A DNA stretch of 64,000 bases, taken from NCBI GenBank assembly GCA_951804945.1, contig OX638159.1, forward strand, positions 6,200,001 to 6,264,000. The letters run 5' to 3'. The notes beneath the pieces are model-generated. The model searched no databases. It was not told where the DNA came from and saw only the letters and a list, made by a program, of their open reading frames with translations. This DNA is from Podarcis cretensis. Its lineage: Eukaryota. Below are positions 1 through 12,740 of the stretch, in pieces. A program made the translations under genes and the position numbers. Position 1 is the stretch's first letter; each line of letters starts with the position of its first letter.

Positions 1-1655
1 GTTGGTCAGAAGTTAAAAAGGATCTGGAAATTTGGTCAAGGCTGAAACTTTCCTTGTTAGGCCGAATCGCTACTATTAAGATGAATGTATTGCCTAGAAT
101 GCTGTTTTTATTCCAGACGCTGCAGATTGTGGACAAGATGGATTGTTTCAAGAAGTGGCAGAAAGATATATCAAAATTTGTCTGGCAGGGCAAAAAGCCC
201 AGAATTAAATTTAAGATTTTAACTGATGCAAAGGATAGAGGGGGGTTTGCCCTGCCGGACTTAAGACTCTACTATGAATCAGCAGCTTTCTGCTGGTTGA
301 AACACTGGCTACTTCTTGAGAATACTGACATTTTGGATCTGGAAGGGTATGACAATAGCTTTGGTTGGCATGCATATTTATGGTACGACAAGGTAAAGGT
401 GTATAAAAGTTTTAAAAACCATATTGTAAGGAAAGCATTGTATAACGTTTGGATTAGATACAAAGATCTGTTGGAAAGCAAAACCCCTAGGTGGGTGTCA
501 CCAATGGAAGCTAGGGAAGTAAAAAAGCTTAATATGGATTCTAAATGGCCAAAATATCATGAGATTATAGAATACGATGGTGAAAGGGTGAAACTTCAGA
601 GTTATGAGAAACTAAAACCTAAGGTTCGAGATTGGTTGCATTACCATCAGATAAATGAGACGTTTAAACAGGACAGGAAAATAGGATTTCAGAAAGAGAA
701 GTCAAAATTAGAAACAGAATTGTTGGAACCCAATACTAAGAATTTATCAAGAATGTATAACTTGCTGTTAAAATGGAATACACAGGATGAAACGGTGAAA
801 TCAGCTATGATTAAATGGGCACAAGACATAGGTCATGATATTATGTTTGCTGACTGGGAACAGTTATGGACCACCGGTATTAAATTTACTGCATGTAATG
901 CTTTAAAAGAAAATATTATGAAAATGATCTACCGGTGGTACATGACCCCAGTCAAGCTTGCAAAAATTTATCATTTGCCTAATAATAAGTGTTGGAAATG
1001 TAATGAGACTGAAGGCACTTTCTACCACCTTTGGTGGACCTGCCCAAAGGTTAAAGCTTTCTGGGAAATGATCTATAATGAAATTAAGAAGGTCCTTAAG
1101 TGGACTTTTCCTAAGAAACCAGAGGCTTTCCTCTTGGGTATGGTGGGCCAAGTGGTGTTAAGGAAGGATAGGACATTCTTTATGTATGCCACTACAGCAG
1201 CAAGAATTCTACTGGCAAAGTATTGGAAGACGCAAGAACTACCTACTCTGGAAGAATGGCAAACAAAGGTGATTGACTTTATGGGACTGGCTGAGATGAC
1301 GGGCAGAATCCGGGACCAGGGGAAAGAGACAGTGGAAGAGGACTGGAAGAATTTCAAGATATATCTTAAAAATAACTGTAAAATTGAGGAATGTTAAGAT
1401 GTCAGGGGGTAAGAAGTAAAGAATTGCAGCAGTAAACAAAAAAACTTAAGAAATTTTTATGAAAAAGAACTAAGACAATGGACTTAAGGGTTGCTAAAGA
1501 ATTTTAAACAAGGATGCAGGGATAGGGAGGTATGGGGAAGTCAAAGAAAAAAGGTTATGAACCGATGATTATGAAGTTATACTGTGTTACATTGTTCTTT
1601 ATTTTATGTGTGGAAAATTAATAAAAATCATTATTAAAAAAAAAAAAAAAAAAAA
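1..1655 (+). mobile_element. L1-clade LINE, 3' portion (ORF2 C-terminus, 3' UTR, poly(A))
   Basis: Open frame from nt 3 to TAA at 1397, AATAAA 1620-1625, A20 tail 1636-1655. Confidence 0.93.
3..1397 (+). CDS. L1 ORF2p C-terminal region (post-RT region and CCHC zinc knuckle), 5'-truncated by window edge
   Basis: LSLLGRIATIKMNVLPRMLFLFQ, GGFALPD and CWKC..EGTFYHLWWTC motifs typical of non-mammalian vertebrate L1 ORF2; no stops or frameshifts. Confidence 0.92.
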   Translation, partial: WSEVKKDLEIWSRLKLSLLGRIATIKMNVLPRMLFLFQTLQIVDKMDCFKKWQKDISKFVWQGKKPRIKFKILTDAKDRGGFALPDLRLYYESAAFCWLKHWLLLENTDILDLEGYDNSFGWHAYLWYDKVKVYKSFKNHIVRKALYNVWIRYKDLLESKTPRWVSPMEAREVKKLNMDSKWPKYHEIIEYDGERVKLQSYEKLKPKVRDWLHYHQINETFKQDRKIGFQKEKSKLETELLEPNTKNLSRMYNLLLKWNTQDETVKSAMIKWAQDIGHDIMFADWEQLWTTGIKFTACNALKENIMKMIYRWYMTPVKLAKIYHLPNNKCWKCNETEGTFYHLWWTCPKVKAFWEMIYNEIKKVLKWTFPKKPEAFLLGMVGQVVLRKDRTFFMYATTAARILLAKYWKTQELPTLEEWQTKVIDFMGLAEMTGRIRDQGKETVEEDWKNFKIYLKNNCKIEEC

Positions 1656-1913
1656 GGAGATGGTACCTCTGTGCCAGTATAAGGGCTCTTGCTAATGCAA
1701 TGGGGCTTCCCCCTCCCACCTCCTCGCCCCTGTGCCCCCCTCAGTTATCTCTGGAGGGTCAAAAGAACTGCTTGAACAAATGCACCGGGGAAGCAGAAGG
1801 GGGGGCATTCCATTGGGCAAATTTGTTTGCCTTGCATCGATGGAATGCTTGTTTTATTATGACATTGAATTCTTCTCACTGAGTGATAAGTCACTGAGGG
1901 GCATAAATGCATA

Positions 1914-2122
1914 CAGTGGTACCTCTGGTTAAGAACTTAATTCATTCTGGAGATCTGTTCTTAACCTGAGTTACCACTTTAGCTAATGGGGCCTCCTGCT
2001 GCCGCCGCATTGCCGCTGCACGATTTCTGTTCTCATCCTGAAGCAAAGTTCTTAACCTGAGGTACTATTTCTGGGTTAGCAGAGTCTGTAACCTGAAGCA
2101 TATGTAACCTGAGGTACCACTG
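1914..2122. mobile_element. Tc1/mariner(pogo/Tigger)-type MITE
   Basis: TA|CAGTGGTACCTC ... GAGGTACCACTG|TA terminal inverted repeats with TA target duplication. Confidence 0.85.
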
Positions 2123-2124
2123 TA

Positions 2125-2376
2125 CAGTGGTACCTCAGGATGCGAACAGGATCCATTCCAGAGCCCTGTTTGCATCCCGAACAGAACATAAGACGCGACT
2201 GCGCATACGCGGCTTGCATTTTGCCACCTCCACGCATGCGCGTGACATCATTTTGACCGTCTGCACATGTGCAAGCGGCGAAACCCGGAAGTAATGCGCT
2301 CGGTTACTTACGGGTCACCGTGGAACGCAACCCGAAAATACTTATCCTGAAGCATATTAATCCCAAGGTATGACTA
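2125..2376. mobile_element. Tc1/mariner-type MITE (second subfamily), abutting previous element
   Basis: TA|CAGTGGTACCTC start, degenerate AAGGTATGACTA|TA end; internal gcgcatgcgc/ccggaagta motifs shared with 9166-9428. Confidence 0.75.
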
Positions 2377-3465
2377 TATATGAATCTGTGGCCCCGTATG
2401 ACATCATTCAAATAAATAAACCTTCAAACAAATGGATTATTGGTGATTACAATATAGTGAAAGAAAGCTAGATTCATCATTAAATCTCTAGCAGCTCTGC
2501 TATAGAATAGCCACAATTGTATTTCTCAGGATGATTTTTTATTTTTATTTTTTTGCATTTTTGTGGAGTAAAAATGTTGTTCTTGTTAAATACTGTGGCT
2601 AGTCCAATGACTATATTAAAAGCTGTCATAGTATATGTTAACCATACTTATTTTACACATTTAGTGTAAAATCCAGCCAAATTATGATTTTAAAAAATAT
2701 ATTTTATTCAGTTTTCAAAGATGTTGTACAACAGGGAAAAGAAAGGAGGAATCAGTAAAGTACAATAGCGCACTTTCTTTGTGAAACAAATTATGTTATG
2801 TTTCCTTCCACAAATAATGCGTGCTTTGGGGGTTCACCGTCCCCATAGATGCAAGTTGTTTGTCTGACAATAAGACTCTCAGTCATGGTTGTCTTCAGTG
2901 CAGGACTGACTTTTTTATATGATTGTAGTTTTGACATCTGACATTTCCGCATTCACCCTTCATCTACCAAGATCGTCCCCTACTGACAAGCCAGTACAGG
3001 CAAGAATGCCTTGCTCGGTTCTTCAGGATCTGTAACACTGAGCTATTTTAGGAAAGCCTTGTCTTCAAGCATGGGGTTCCTTCAAGCTTTGTGTGATGCC
3101 AAACTTTAAGAAATCGCTACAAATCAAGATGATGATTGAAGTGGCAACCGCAGAAGTTAAATGTCTCCATGCCAGGAAGCCTTTTCATGCCCTCCAGTGA
3201 TTGTGGATGTCTCAAACATTTAAAGGGCAGAAGCATTACCAAGCACCTTTGGGAAGAATGGTGAAGAAGCATGCCATGGACTTGCTTTTTTGGTGCAAAA
3301 AAATGGGTCACTGTTGAAAGAATATTATTACCTTTTAAGCAGCGCCTTCAGTCCAGCTTCATTTCCACTTAAGGATAATGGCCTTGTGGCCAGATAGCTT
3401 GTACTTACGTGGTTCCCAGTGTTTAGAGCTGGTCCCTCAAGCATGGGGTCTGGCTGGCTAGTGGT

Positions 3466-3791
3466 CACCCCCATCATTCTGCCTGGATGCTGAGGTCCAG
3501 TGCCGAAGGCCTTCTGGCAGTTCCCTCACTACAAGAAGCCAAGTTACAGGGAATCAGGCAGAGGGCCTTCTAGGTAGTGGCGCCCGCCCTGTGGAACGCC
3601 CTCCCATCAGATGACAAAGAGATAAACAACTACCTGACATTTAGAAGACATCTGAAGGCAGCCCTGTTCGGGGAAGTTTTTAATGTGTGACATTTTGATG
3701 TATTTTTAATCTTTGTTGGAAGCCGCCCAGAATGGCTGGGGAAACCCAGCCAGATGGATGGGGTACAAATAATAAATTATTATTATTATTA
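3466..3791 (+). mobile_element. L2 LINE 3' fragment with (TTA)n tail
   Basis: cagagggccttc..gtggcgcccgccctgtggaacgccctccc (RAFS..AP.LWN.LP-like), ggaagccgcccaga, tail aataaattattattatt. Confidence 0.8.
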
Positions 3792-5196
3792 TAAAGCTAG
3801 AGACCACTTGCCTCACCTTTTTCCATCAGCTCTCTCTTCTGGAAAGCCTTGTAAGCAAATGTGAACACAAACTTTGCATTTTCAAAAAGGTTTTCTAACA
3901 ATACGTTGCCACAAAAGTTTTGAAACGGCTAACAAAAAAATGCTGTTAATTTATTTAGCTACATTTGCATGCTGCGTAATCTAATAAAATAAAATAAATT
4001 GCCAAGCAGTTTGCAGAAAATAAGGATGCATTTCTGATTGCAACTGAGTGACTTCACAAAGAGTAATGATACCATTGCAAAGGTTCAATGAGAATGATGT
4101 TAGGACCAGAGAATCTAAATAACAACTGAGGCAGAAAGACCCTGCCAGTTGCAACCCCTTACCTTCTCCTTCCAGATTCAACCACCTGTACATGCAAGAA
4201 TCAAGGCCTGAACTGTTACAATGCTTCAGTTTAGATACAGGGAAAGAGGGGGAAGCCAAAGAAAATTTGGGACTTTTCTATCACCATGCTGGACTAGAAT
4301 TAAGAGATGGCCACCAGAATTCTGGTGCCTCTGTCTTGGGATACATTTTCTTCCTCTGCAGTTTACTACAACACTGAAGACCAGGCACGGCCAACAGCTA
4401 CAAATGATGTGAGTTCTAGTCTAAAATCTTTATGTCAATTGGTATCTGTTTTAGATTGGAATTTCCTTTTTTGTGCGTGTTACTGTCATATTAAACCTTT
4501 TAAATAATGGATTTTAAATATGCAATAGTTTTAGTACTTTTTATATGTGTAATTGTTATATATATGACATACACTCCAGGATGCCTAATGGGAAGTGATT
4601 CATAAATGAAATAAATAAAAATAATCCAAAACATCTGGAAGGCACCAGGTTAGTAAAGGCTGCTTTCGCCTCTTTATTCTTGTAAAAGTTATTCCAGTTT
4701 ATAGCTCTTTTTCCTGGCTACCTTTACTTCCTGTATTCTTGCAAAGACTGCTGGGAATTGTAGTATTGCAGGAATAGACAGATGAGAAGACACAATCTGG
4801 ACAAGACCTTATTCTTTCCAGTTTCATTGCCAGCTTTTTTATGGTAGATAATGAAGTACCTGGAGATGGTTGTGTGATGGATATGTGTTTCTTTTACTGT
4901 GTTTAAGAAGCTACCACATGTACACGCAGATGTTGATAGAGTACATAAATGAATATAACATGGGGAAATGATGGCTCCATGCTTTACAAAGCAAACACAA
5001 AAGCTATTTGCACACTGTTGCATACCCTAAACACCAGTGAACTCACGACAACTGCATTTATTATATAACGTGTGGAAATATATTTTTTTTATCCAGTCTC
5101 TGAGTGAGTTGGTTTCTTCTCCTCTCTTGTTATTTATGTCGCCAAGCTTCTGGGCTTGGTAGAAACAATTAGGAACATCAGAAACTGAGTTATACA

Positions 5197-5329
5197 AGCT
5201 TAGTTGGTAGAGCATCAGACTCAATCTTTGGGTCACGGGTTTGAGCCCCATGTTCGACCAAAAGATCCCGGCACTGCAGAGAGTTGGACTAGATGATGCT
5301 TGTGGTCCCTTCCAACTCCAAAATCCTAC
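5197..5329 (+). mobile_element. tRNA-derived SINE with CR1-like 3' tail
   Basis: A-box agcttagttggtagagc, B-box-like ggtttgagccc; tail ttggactagatga...ggtcccttccaactc matches the CR1 3' end at 55915-55950. Confidence 0.7.
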
Positions 5330-5919
5330 TCCCGTCATCCATGATCAATGGTGATATCGGGGGCATGGGAGTTGTCTTACTGCCATGCTAGGTTCTTGAT
5401 CTGAGTTGCATGTGGAAGTCAAGGGAAAGGGTTCCAAGTATGAATAAGGTGAGCGTCTGAGCAAGCACCCCTGCTAAAATGCTTGTGACCAGAATCAAGA
5501 GCAGGTCAGCTTCTGCTGCTTCTGCTGCTGCTCCTTGCCCATGGATTAAGCCTGGGAAGGGAGAGGGCAGTGGGTGAAGTGATCATGGGAATGGCTGTAG
5601 TAACAAAGAGGACGAACTCATTAAGTTGTCTTGGGTGACCTCTTTGGTTGTCAATGGGTATCCAATGACAACAATCCTTAATGCTCCCTCAACTTCAAGG
5701 CTGGATGAAGATGTTTGTTCCTTGTGATCAAAGTGAGAATGCATAAACACTTTAGATTCCCTAGAACTACAGTAGCAGCACAAAAATAATTTAGAGATAG
5801 ATCCAGTGATATAGTTACATGTGAAAGCAGTTTTCAGTTCTGAAGCCAGTTCAATATTTACTAACAAAATCTCTTCTATTCCAGAAGAGAGTGGATTATA
5901 GCAATTCTACTGAGGGAGG

Positions 5920-6272
5920 NNNNNNNNNNNNNNNNNNNNNNNNNNNNNNNNNNNNNNNNNNNNNNNNNNNNNNNNNNNNNNNNNNNNNNNNNNNNNNNNN
6001 NNNNNNNNNNNNNNNNNNNNNNNNNNNNNNNNNNNNNNNNNNNNNNNNNNNNNNNNNNNNNNNNNNNNNNNNNNNNNNNNNNNNNNNNNNNNNNNNNNNN
6101 NNNNNNNNNNNNNNNNNNNNNNNNNNNNNNNNNNNNNNNNNNNNNNNNNNNNNNNNNNNNNNNNNNNNNNNNNNNNNNNNNNNNNNNNNNNNNNNNNNNN
6201 NNNNNNNNNNNNNNNNNNNNNNNNNNNNNNNNNNNNNNNNNNNNNNNNNNNNNNNNNNNNNNNNNNNNNNNN
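5920..6272. other. assembly gap (353 N)
   Basis: run of N. Confidence 1.
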
Positions 6273-7548
6273 AAGGGAGACTCCCTGCAATGAATGCCTT
6301 CACACTAATTCCAGGGATATCAATTATTCTAGAATCACAAACAAAATGGTCAAAAAACAGTAAAAATCAAATACAGGCAGACACCTTTTGAAACCCGCCT
6401 ACCGAACAGCTTATGGGATCTGTTTATTCATTCAACAAATATATGTTGAAAGATTAGGCTGGAGTTGGCTGCCATTCAGCAAGATAAATGTAGAGTAGAC
6501 TCATTTTCTGCCTCACTTAATGCTTAAGGATTTGTATTAAAGGAGGTAAAAGCAGGGGGTGGGGAATTCCAGCCACCTAGATCTTTGGAGTGGGATTATT
6601 TTGGCAAGGACCTCACACAGAGGGTCTGATCAGCCCCCTTACATAGAGTGAACGGTCTATTTTTTTCTCCATAGAAAATTGACAAAGAAAGAAAACTGGC
6701 AATCAAGGAGCACTTGCAGAGACTATTCAGACTCCAAAGACTGGTTTTCACAAATAGCATCAGTAAAACTGTGTCTGGACTATGCCACTTTGAACTGCAG
6801 GTGATTCACATGACTGAATACATGAAAATATATTCCTATGTATAGAAAACCTAGGATGTCGGGGAACTAGGCTTGGACATTTATTTCTGACCGCTACTTT
6901 TCCATACATTTTTTTGTATGCAGGGAATGTTCAAACGATCTGAAATGGCACCACTTAGATTTTCCACCTCACCCACTTGTTTGTGATAATAGGGCCTTAA
7001 GTGACAAAAGAAATAACAGAAAGCTAGAAATAGAGTTTTTGACTATACAGTAGGGATGAGGAACCACAGACTGAACCGATGTGTGTCTGCCTTCTAGTCA
7101 GCATCTCAGACTCCCTCAGCGGATCAAGAGAGGCAGGTCCTGATTGAAAGGCAAGCATAACTTCGGAGCCTATCTAGTAAGGTTTTCTGGCTATGTACAC
7201 ACTCCCATTTACACTGCATCCTGTGTGCTCCCACAATCGGTTTTGGAAGTGGTATATACAAAAAGTTAGCCCCAATTCATATCTATCCTGCCATTTCTTA
7301 CTAAATACTGCATGGTGATGTGTTTCTGCCAAACCAGCTTTGATCCAAATTGAGAAAAATAACAGCTTAGCTGTATTGGGCTGGCCTGTCTCCACGCTCC
7401 CTCTCTTCTCCAGCCTCCGGGGAAATGAGTGAGAAAGAGATGGTAACCAGGAGAAAATTGATCGGGAGAAGTTTTTCTCCCTCTGTCATAATATCAGAAC
7501 TTGGGAATATTGAAATACAAATCCCTTCTTCACACAGTGCATAACTAA

Positions 7549-8120
7549 TAGAATTTGCTCCCATAAGATGTAATGGACACCACCTTAAAGGTAAAGGTAA
7601 AGGTACCCCTGCCCGTACGGGCCAGTCTTGACAGACTCTGGGGTTGTGCGCCCATCTCACTTAAGAGGCCAGGGGCCAGCGCTGTCCGGAGACACTTCCG
7701 GGTCACGTGGCCAGCGTGACATCGCTGCTCTGGCGGAAACGCCGTTTACCTTCCCGCTGGTAAGCGGTCCCTATTTATCTACTTGCACCCGGAGGTGCTT
7801 TCGAACTGCTAGGTTGGCAGGCGCTGGGACCGAGCAGCGGGAGCGCACCCCGCCGCAGGGATTCGAACCGCCGACCTTTCGATCGGCAAGTCCTAGGCGC
7901 TGAGGCTTTAACCCACAGCGCCACCTGCGTCCCATGGACACCACCTTAGGTGACTTTAAAAGAGGATTAGATAAATTCATGTAGGATAAGGCTACAATAA
8001 TGGCTATCAGCCATGATGGGTATGTCCTGCCTAAACTGTTGGAAGCACCATGCCTCTGAATATCATCAGCTGGGAATCATAAGTGGGGTGTGTGCTGTTG
8101 TACTCAGGTTCTGTTTGTGG
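7549..8120 (+). mobile_element. old CR1 3' fragment interrupted by Sauria SINE (boundaries approximate)
   Basis: tagaatttgctccca..gatgtaatg / gactttaaaagaggattagataaattcatg; homologous to 14645-15055. Confidence 0.65.
7588..7933 (-). mobile_element. Sauria SINE, young subfamily
   Basis: GGGACGCAGGTGGCGCTG head and (ACCTTT)n tail on minus strand; perfect 15-bp TSD atggacaccacctta (7573-7587, 7934-7948). Confidence 0.92.
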
Positions 8121-8809
8121 GCTTCCTTCATTCTGGAAAGAAAAGCTCAGTTAGAGAATTTCTGACTTAGGGAGTGACTCACTTGCAAGTGAGTCATAGC
8201 TGCAGAGGGGGCTTGCTGCTGCTGAATTCCATCATTTGCCACCTGAGGTGACTGCCTCACTCTGCCTAATGGTAGGACCAGCTCTGACCACCTGTGCTTC
8301 AACTGCAACAACAGTTAAGAATACCTTTTACCAGCTAAGGTTGGTGCACCTGCTGTGCTTAAGAAGCCAAACCAGGCCTTTGTCATTCATGCAGTAGATC
8401 AAAAGTGGAGAACAAATGTGGCCATCGATGCCTCTCTATCTAGCCCTCAAGGTTCTCCCCAAACAAAGCCTTTCTGCAGGCCACACCCCTCTTCCTGAGA
8501 CTGCATCATTTACTAGCCTTGTTCCATTCCCTCACTGGCATTCAACCCCACAGAATTTTGTCCATGAGGCAATGCCACCATTAAGTCCATTGTCCATTCT
8601 TAGTTAATTCCAATTGTGATTACTATGATGTGTGCTGAATTTGGTTGGGGCTTCCTTTAAAAGCATTTCAGAAATCTCAGTTAGTAAGGGGAGCAATTTT
8701 TTAAAATCTCTCTCTCTGAATATTACCACCTTCATTAGCCACTGATTCGTTTTCTGCATTAATTCAAATAAATGATTTTGTCCTAGAAAACCCTATTTGA
8801 CCTTGGTCA

Positions 8810-9010
8810 CACCCACACCATCCATTTAAAATACTCTTATGCCACTTTGACAGTCATGGCCTCCCCTTCAAATCCTGGGACTGGATTTAAAGGGTCCTGG
8901 GAATTATAGCTCTGTGAATGTCTCCTAACAGCTCTTAGCACTGCTAACAAACCACAGTTCCCAAAATTCTTTGGGGAAGCAATGACTCTTAAAGTGGTAT
9001 AAATGTATGA
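8810..9010. mobile_element. degenerate palindromic MITE-like repeat
   Basis: inverted arms atgccactttgacagtcatggcctcccc / ggggaagcaatgactcttaaagtggtat. Confidence 0.55.
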
Positions 9011-9165
9011 CCAAGAATGGCCTCCACCAAAGAAATGATCTGCTGATGCATGCCCAACACACTGTGGCAGCTCAATGTGTGGCATGTGGGCCAATTTACA
9101 TGGTAGCTCTGAGATAGTGGAACAACCTTCTTAAGAAAACCTATCTTGTCCAATCACTCCTTGTA

Positions 9166-9428
9166 CAGTGGAACTTTGGGTTGCGGACATAATCCGTGAC
9201 GGAGGCACATCCGCAACCTGCAGCGTTTGTAACCTGCAGTGCTGCATCTGCGCATGTGTGTGACATGATTTGGCACTTCTGTGCATGCGCAAAGCATGAT
9301 TTAGCGCTTCTGTGCATACACGAGCGGCAAAATCCGGAAGTAACCCTTTCCAGTACTTTCGGGTTTCCCGCGGTCCACAACTTGAAAAAAAACGTAACCT
9401 AAAGTGTTTGTAACCCAAGGTACCACTG
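9166..9428. mobile_element. Tc1/mariner-type MITE
   Basis: TA|CAGTGGAACTT ... AAGGTACCACTG|TG; internal similarity to 2125-2376. Confidence 0.75.
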
Positions 9429-10175
9429 TGCTTGGCAGCTAAAACTTATCTGTTCCAGTGGGAAATTTCAGGTGTAGCCTTATAAGATAGATATCCAACT
9501 GCTTCTGTCTCTGCTTCTTTAACATTGTCAAGATTCACTAAGAACAACTTTTTGGGTGTACTGTTTGTCTAGTATGAGGAATCCTAATGCCAAGCAAGGC
9601 TCCTACTTGTTGACCTTATGAGCTGTTGTTTCATTATCTGAACTGAGAATACCAGTAGACAGACCCAAATGGGACAGGGTGGCGAAGGTACATTTCAACA
9701 AACACATCTTCGTGGCCTGGCCCCTGACTCCTTAACTGTTGTTTTGACAGCAAACAGACAGAAACTAGAAACAAATTTCAGCTCCACAGAAATACATGTT
9801 GTCAGCATCCCAGCAAAAGATGGAACAATGAGTGGAGGCAAAGATCAGTGATGATGTCAGAGATAAGAGCAACCAGTCATAGGTGGCAGGATTTGTTGAG
9901 GGAAACTTGGGAGTCCATGGGCTTTCCCTCATCATATGGAGAGAGAGAAACCCTAAATGTGATGTTAATCATGTTGTTAGACTTTGAGTGGATGAAATAG
10001 CTAGCTCAGGGAGCACATTGCAGACCCCTCCTCCATATCAAGATCCTGTTCTCCATCAGCCCCATCTCCCAGGCTGGCTATTTTTAAAAGGGAAATTGTG
10101 CACTAAAGGGCAAATCTGTGATTAAACTTAGTTTGGCCCTACAGAAGTGTAATTTGATAGAAGGTACGTTAGGAG

Positions 10176-10616
10176 GCCAGTAGTGATGCATCATGGAAGT
10201 GAGAGCTGGACCATAAAGAAGGCTGAGCACTGAAGAATTGATGCTTTTGAATTCTGGTGCTGGAGGAGACTCTTGAGAGTCCCATGGACTGCAAGAAGAT
10301 CAAACCTATCCATTCTGAAGGAAATCAGCCCTGAGTGCTCACTGGAAGGACAGATCCTGAAGCTGAGGCTCCAATACTTTGGACACCTCATGAGAAGAGA
10401 AGACTCCCTAGAAAAGACCCTGATGTTGGGAAAGATGGAGGGCACAAGGAGAAGGGGACGACAGAGGACGAGATGGTTGGATAGTGTTCTTGAAGCTACC
10501 AGCATGAGTTTGACCAAACTGCGGGAGGCAGTGGAAGACAGGAGTGCCTGGCGTGCTCTGGTCCAGGGGGTCACAAAGAGTCGGACACGACTAAACGACT
10601 AAGCAACAACAACCAA
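10176..10616 (+). mobile_element. Bov-B (RTE) LINE 3' fragment
   Basis: RVPWTARRSN.SILKEI..LEKTLMLGK.EG.RRRGRQR.RW; 3' end agagtcggacacgact..(CAA)n; TSD gttaggag (10168-10175, 10617-10624). Confidence 0.93.
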
Positions 10617-12604
10617 GTTAGGAGAAGTTTCCAGCAGTTATATTGCAAACCCATGAGAGATAATAACCAACTCTGAAAAGATGTTGGTTCTGAAAGCTAA
10701 AGATAGGCACACAATAGTTGATATGAAAAAGTGACGGCCTTAATAAAAATTGTGGCAACCAAATTCAGTGTCCTGAGAGGGGAACAAAAACATGTTTCAC
10801 AAACAGTCTCCATTCCACTGGTGGATGGACTCCATTGGCTATCAGCCTGTAATAATAACAGGAACTACAGTGTTTCTCGAGTGCTGAAGAACACCAGGAA
10901 AGAATTTATACCTAGAACAGCATCCATTTTAAGATGAATTGCTGTAAAAGTCGCAAAGTGTTAAATAAAATGTGCTTTTCTGCACTTATCACCTGCATCA
11001 TTTTATCAATTTTCTCACAGCAAATATATAGTAGTATCAAATATATAGTAGTCCCATTGATACCAAATTGCCTTTAATTCCCTTGAGGTGCTCCCACACT
11101 CAATAACGCTGCAGCTTTTGCAGAGGGAATAAATTGTACCTGGGGAAGGGAGAAACTGTCTGTCCTTGTGGCATTTCTAGTTCTAGACTTAGAAGGAGAA
11201 AAGAGAACTGGGCACTGCAGTTTAGTTACAATGATGTAAACCTAAGGCTGCAAACTTCTGTGTGCTACTTGGAACCATATTAGATCAGTCTGTGGTCTAA
11301 TATGATCATATATACAAAGTATGGCTGAGATCATTCACTTTCCCCCTTGAAAGTAGTGACTTTGGGAGGGAGAAGGCCTTTTCCCACTGTTATTCATAAC
11401 TGTCAACACTTACCCCCCCCCCACTATTTTCTTAATCTCTCTGGTTCATTCCTTCTCAAGTGGTCACAGAGAATACACGCTGAATGTGATGATTTACAGT
11501 ACATTGATTTAAAACTATCTGTTAAACTCACTAAATAAACTCCATTTAGAGTAATGGTAACCCTCTTTATTCTGATTGCATGGGTGATACCACCTAATCG
11601 GGGTTTGGTACTGCACTCTCTCATCACTTTTTCATTCCAGGATATATATAACCAGTTATCTTGCTTAAAAGCACTAAATGAAACCTGCCCACTGAATCAT
11701 TGTAGCAGCCGGGGGTGGGAGGAGGTTATTGGAATTAAGATAGACACACCCTACCGAAAAATGTTGTGAGATCCCCTGTGCAGCTTTAACTCAGCTCTAA
11801 TACTTATATATACCAGAAAATCAGTGTAGATATAATAAAAACCAGTGCAATGCTGGATCTGCCCCAAGGGATTTCTGCTATGGCAATAGTTATAACCAAA
11901 CACCCAGAATTATCATTTCTTACTTGCTGCCATCAGATGAATGCTTTAATTCCAGCCCTATTTCTTTCCACAGTTAATAAATCCATATGTATCTTATTTT
12001 ATTCCTATGGAAGGTACGACTCAGTCTGGAAATGGCCATGCTATTCTCATACCAGTCATGGCCATAATTATCCCTGTCAATAGCCTTATTGCACTCATTA
12101 CACATTATTATGTGCACCAAAAAGTGCACGAAGACCTGGCACAGTGTATCCCATAATTTAAGTGCCCAGGCCTGGGCTTAATTTAGAAAAGATAAACTAA
12201 ATTTTGGTAAAGGAGTTGCTGACTTTGAACTGCTTAATCTAAAACATCTGATTTTTGTTATAAAGGATATGGCTTGACGCTCAAAAATTTAACCTACACA
12301 CTAACGTTATGCTAGGGGGGAAAGCAGTAATGGGGCTCTAATGAATTCACTAGAGACCATTTGCATTTTGAAGCACACATAAAATGCGACCATGTGTGTT
12401 AGGTTTTGGCAAACTGCTAGGTATTTTGCTGCTGTCAGTCATCCAGAACTTCCATATATATCTTAGTACTGTTGCATTTAACACAGCAGCAATCTAGGAT
12501 GGGCTACTTTTGAACACTTACTAATGCTTAGCCTGGACAAGGCAAACTATAGGTGTTAGACCTAATGGACAGTCAGGCTATATTTACAGTCTTCACTGCT
12601 TAGA

Positions 12605-12740
12605 GCAGGGTTAGCCAATGTCACACCCCTCCAGGTCTTGGACCCCAGCTCTCATCATAGGCCAAGCTGGGGCTGAGGCTGATGGGAGTTGGGATCCAAT
12701 AACATAAGGAGGTCAGGTCACCATGTTGGCTGCCCTTGGG
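12605..12740. mobile_element. degenerate hAT-type palindromic MITE
   Basis: cagggttagccaa ... ttggctgccctt ends; internal ctctcatcat/gatgggag arms like 26696-26831. Confidence 0.55.

Noticed and set aside
5891-6391. ORFs spanning N runs (also 22941-23315, 34807-35149)
   Set aside because: Artefacts of translating gaps
10191-10574. Antisense ORFs over Bov-B and CR1 (also 45644-46483, 55570-55947)
   Set aside because: Shadow frames of LINE coding sequence
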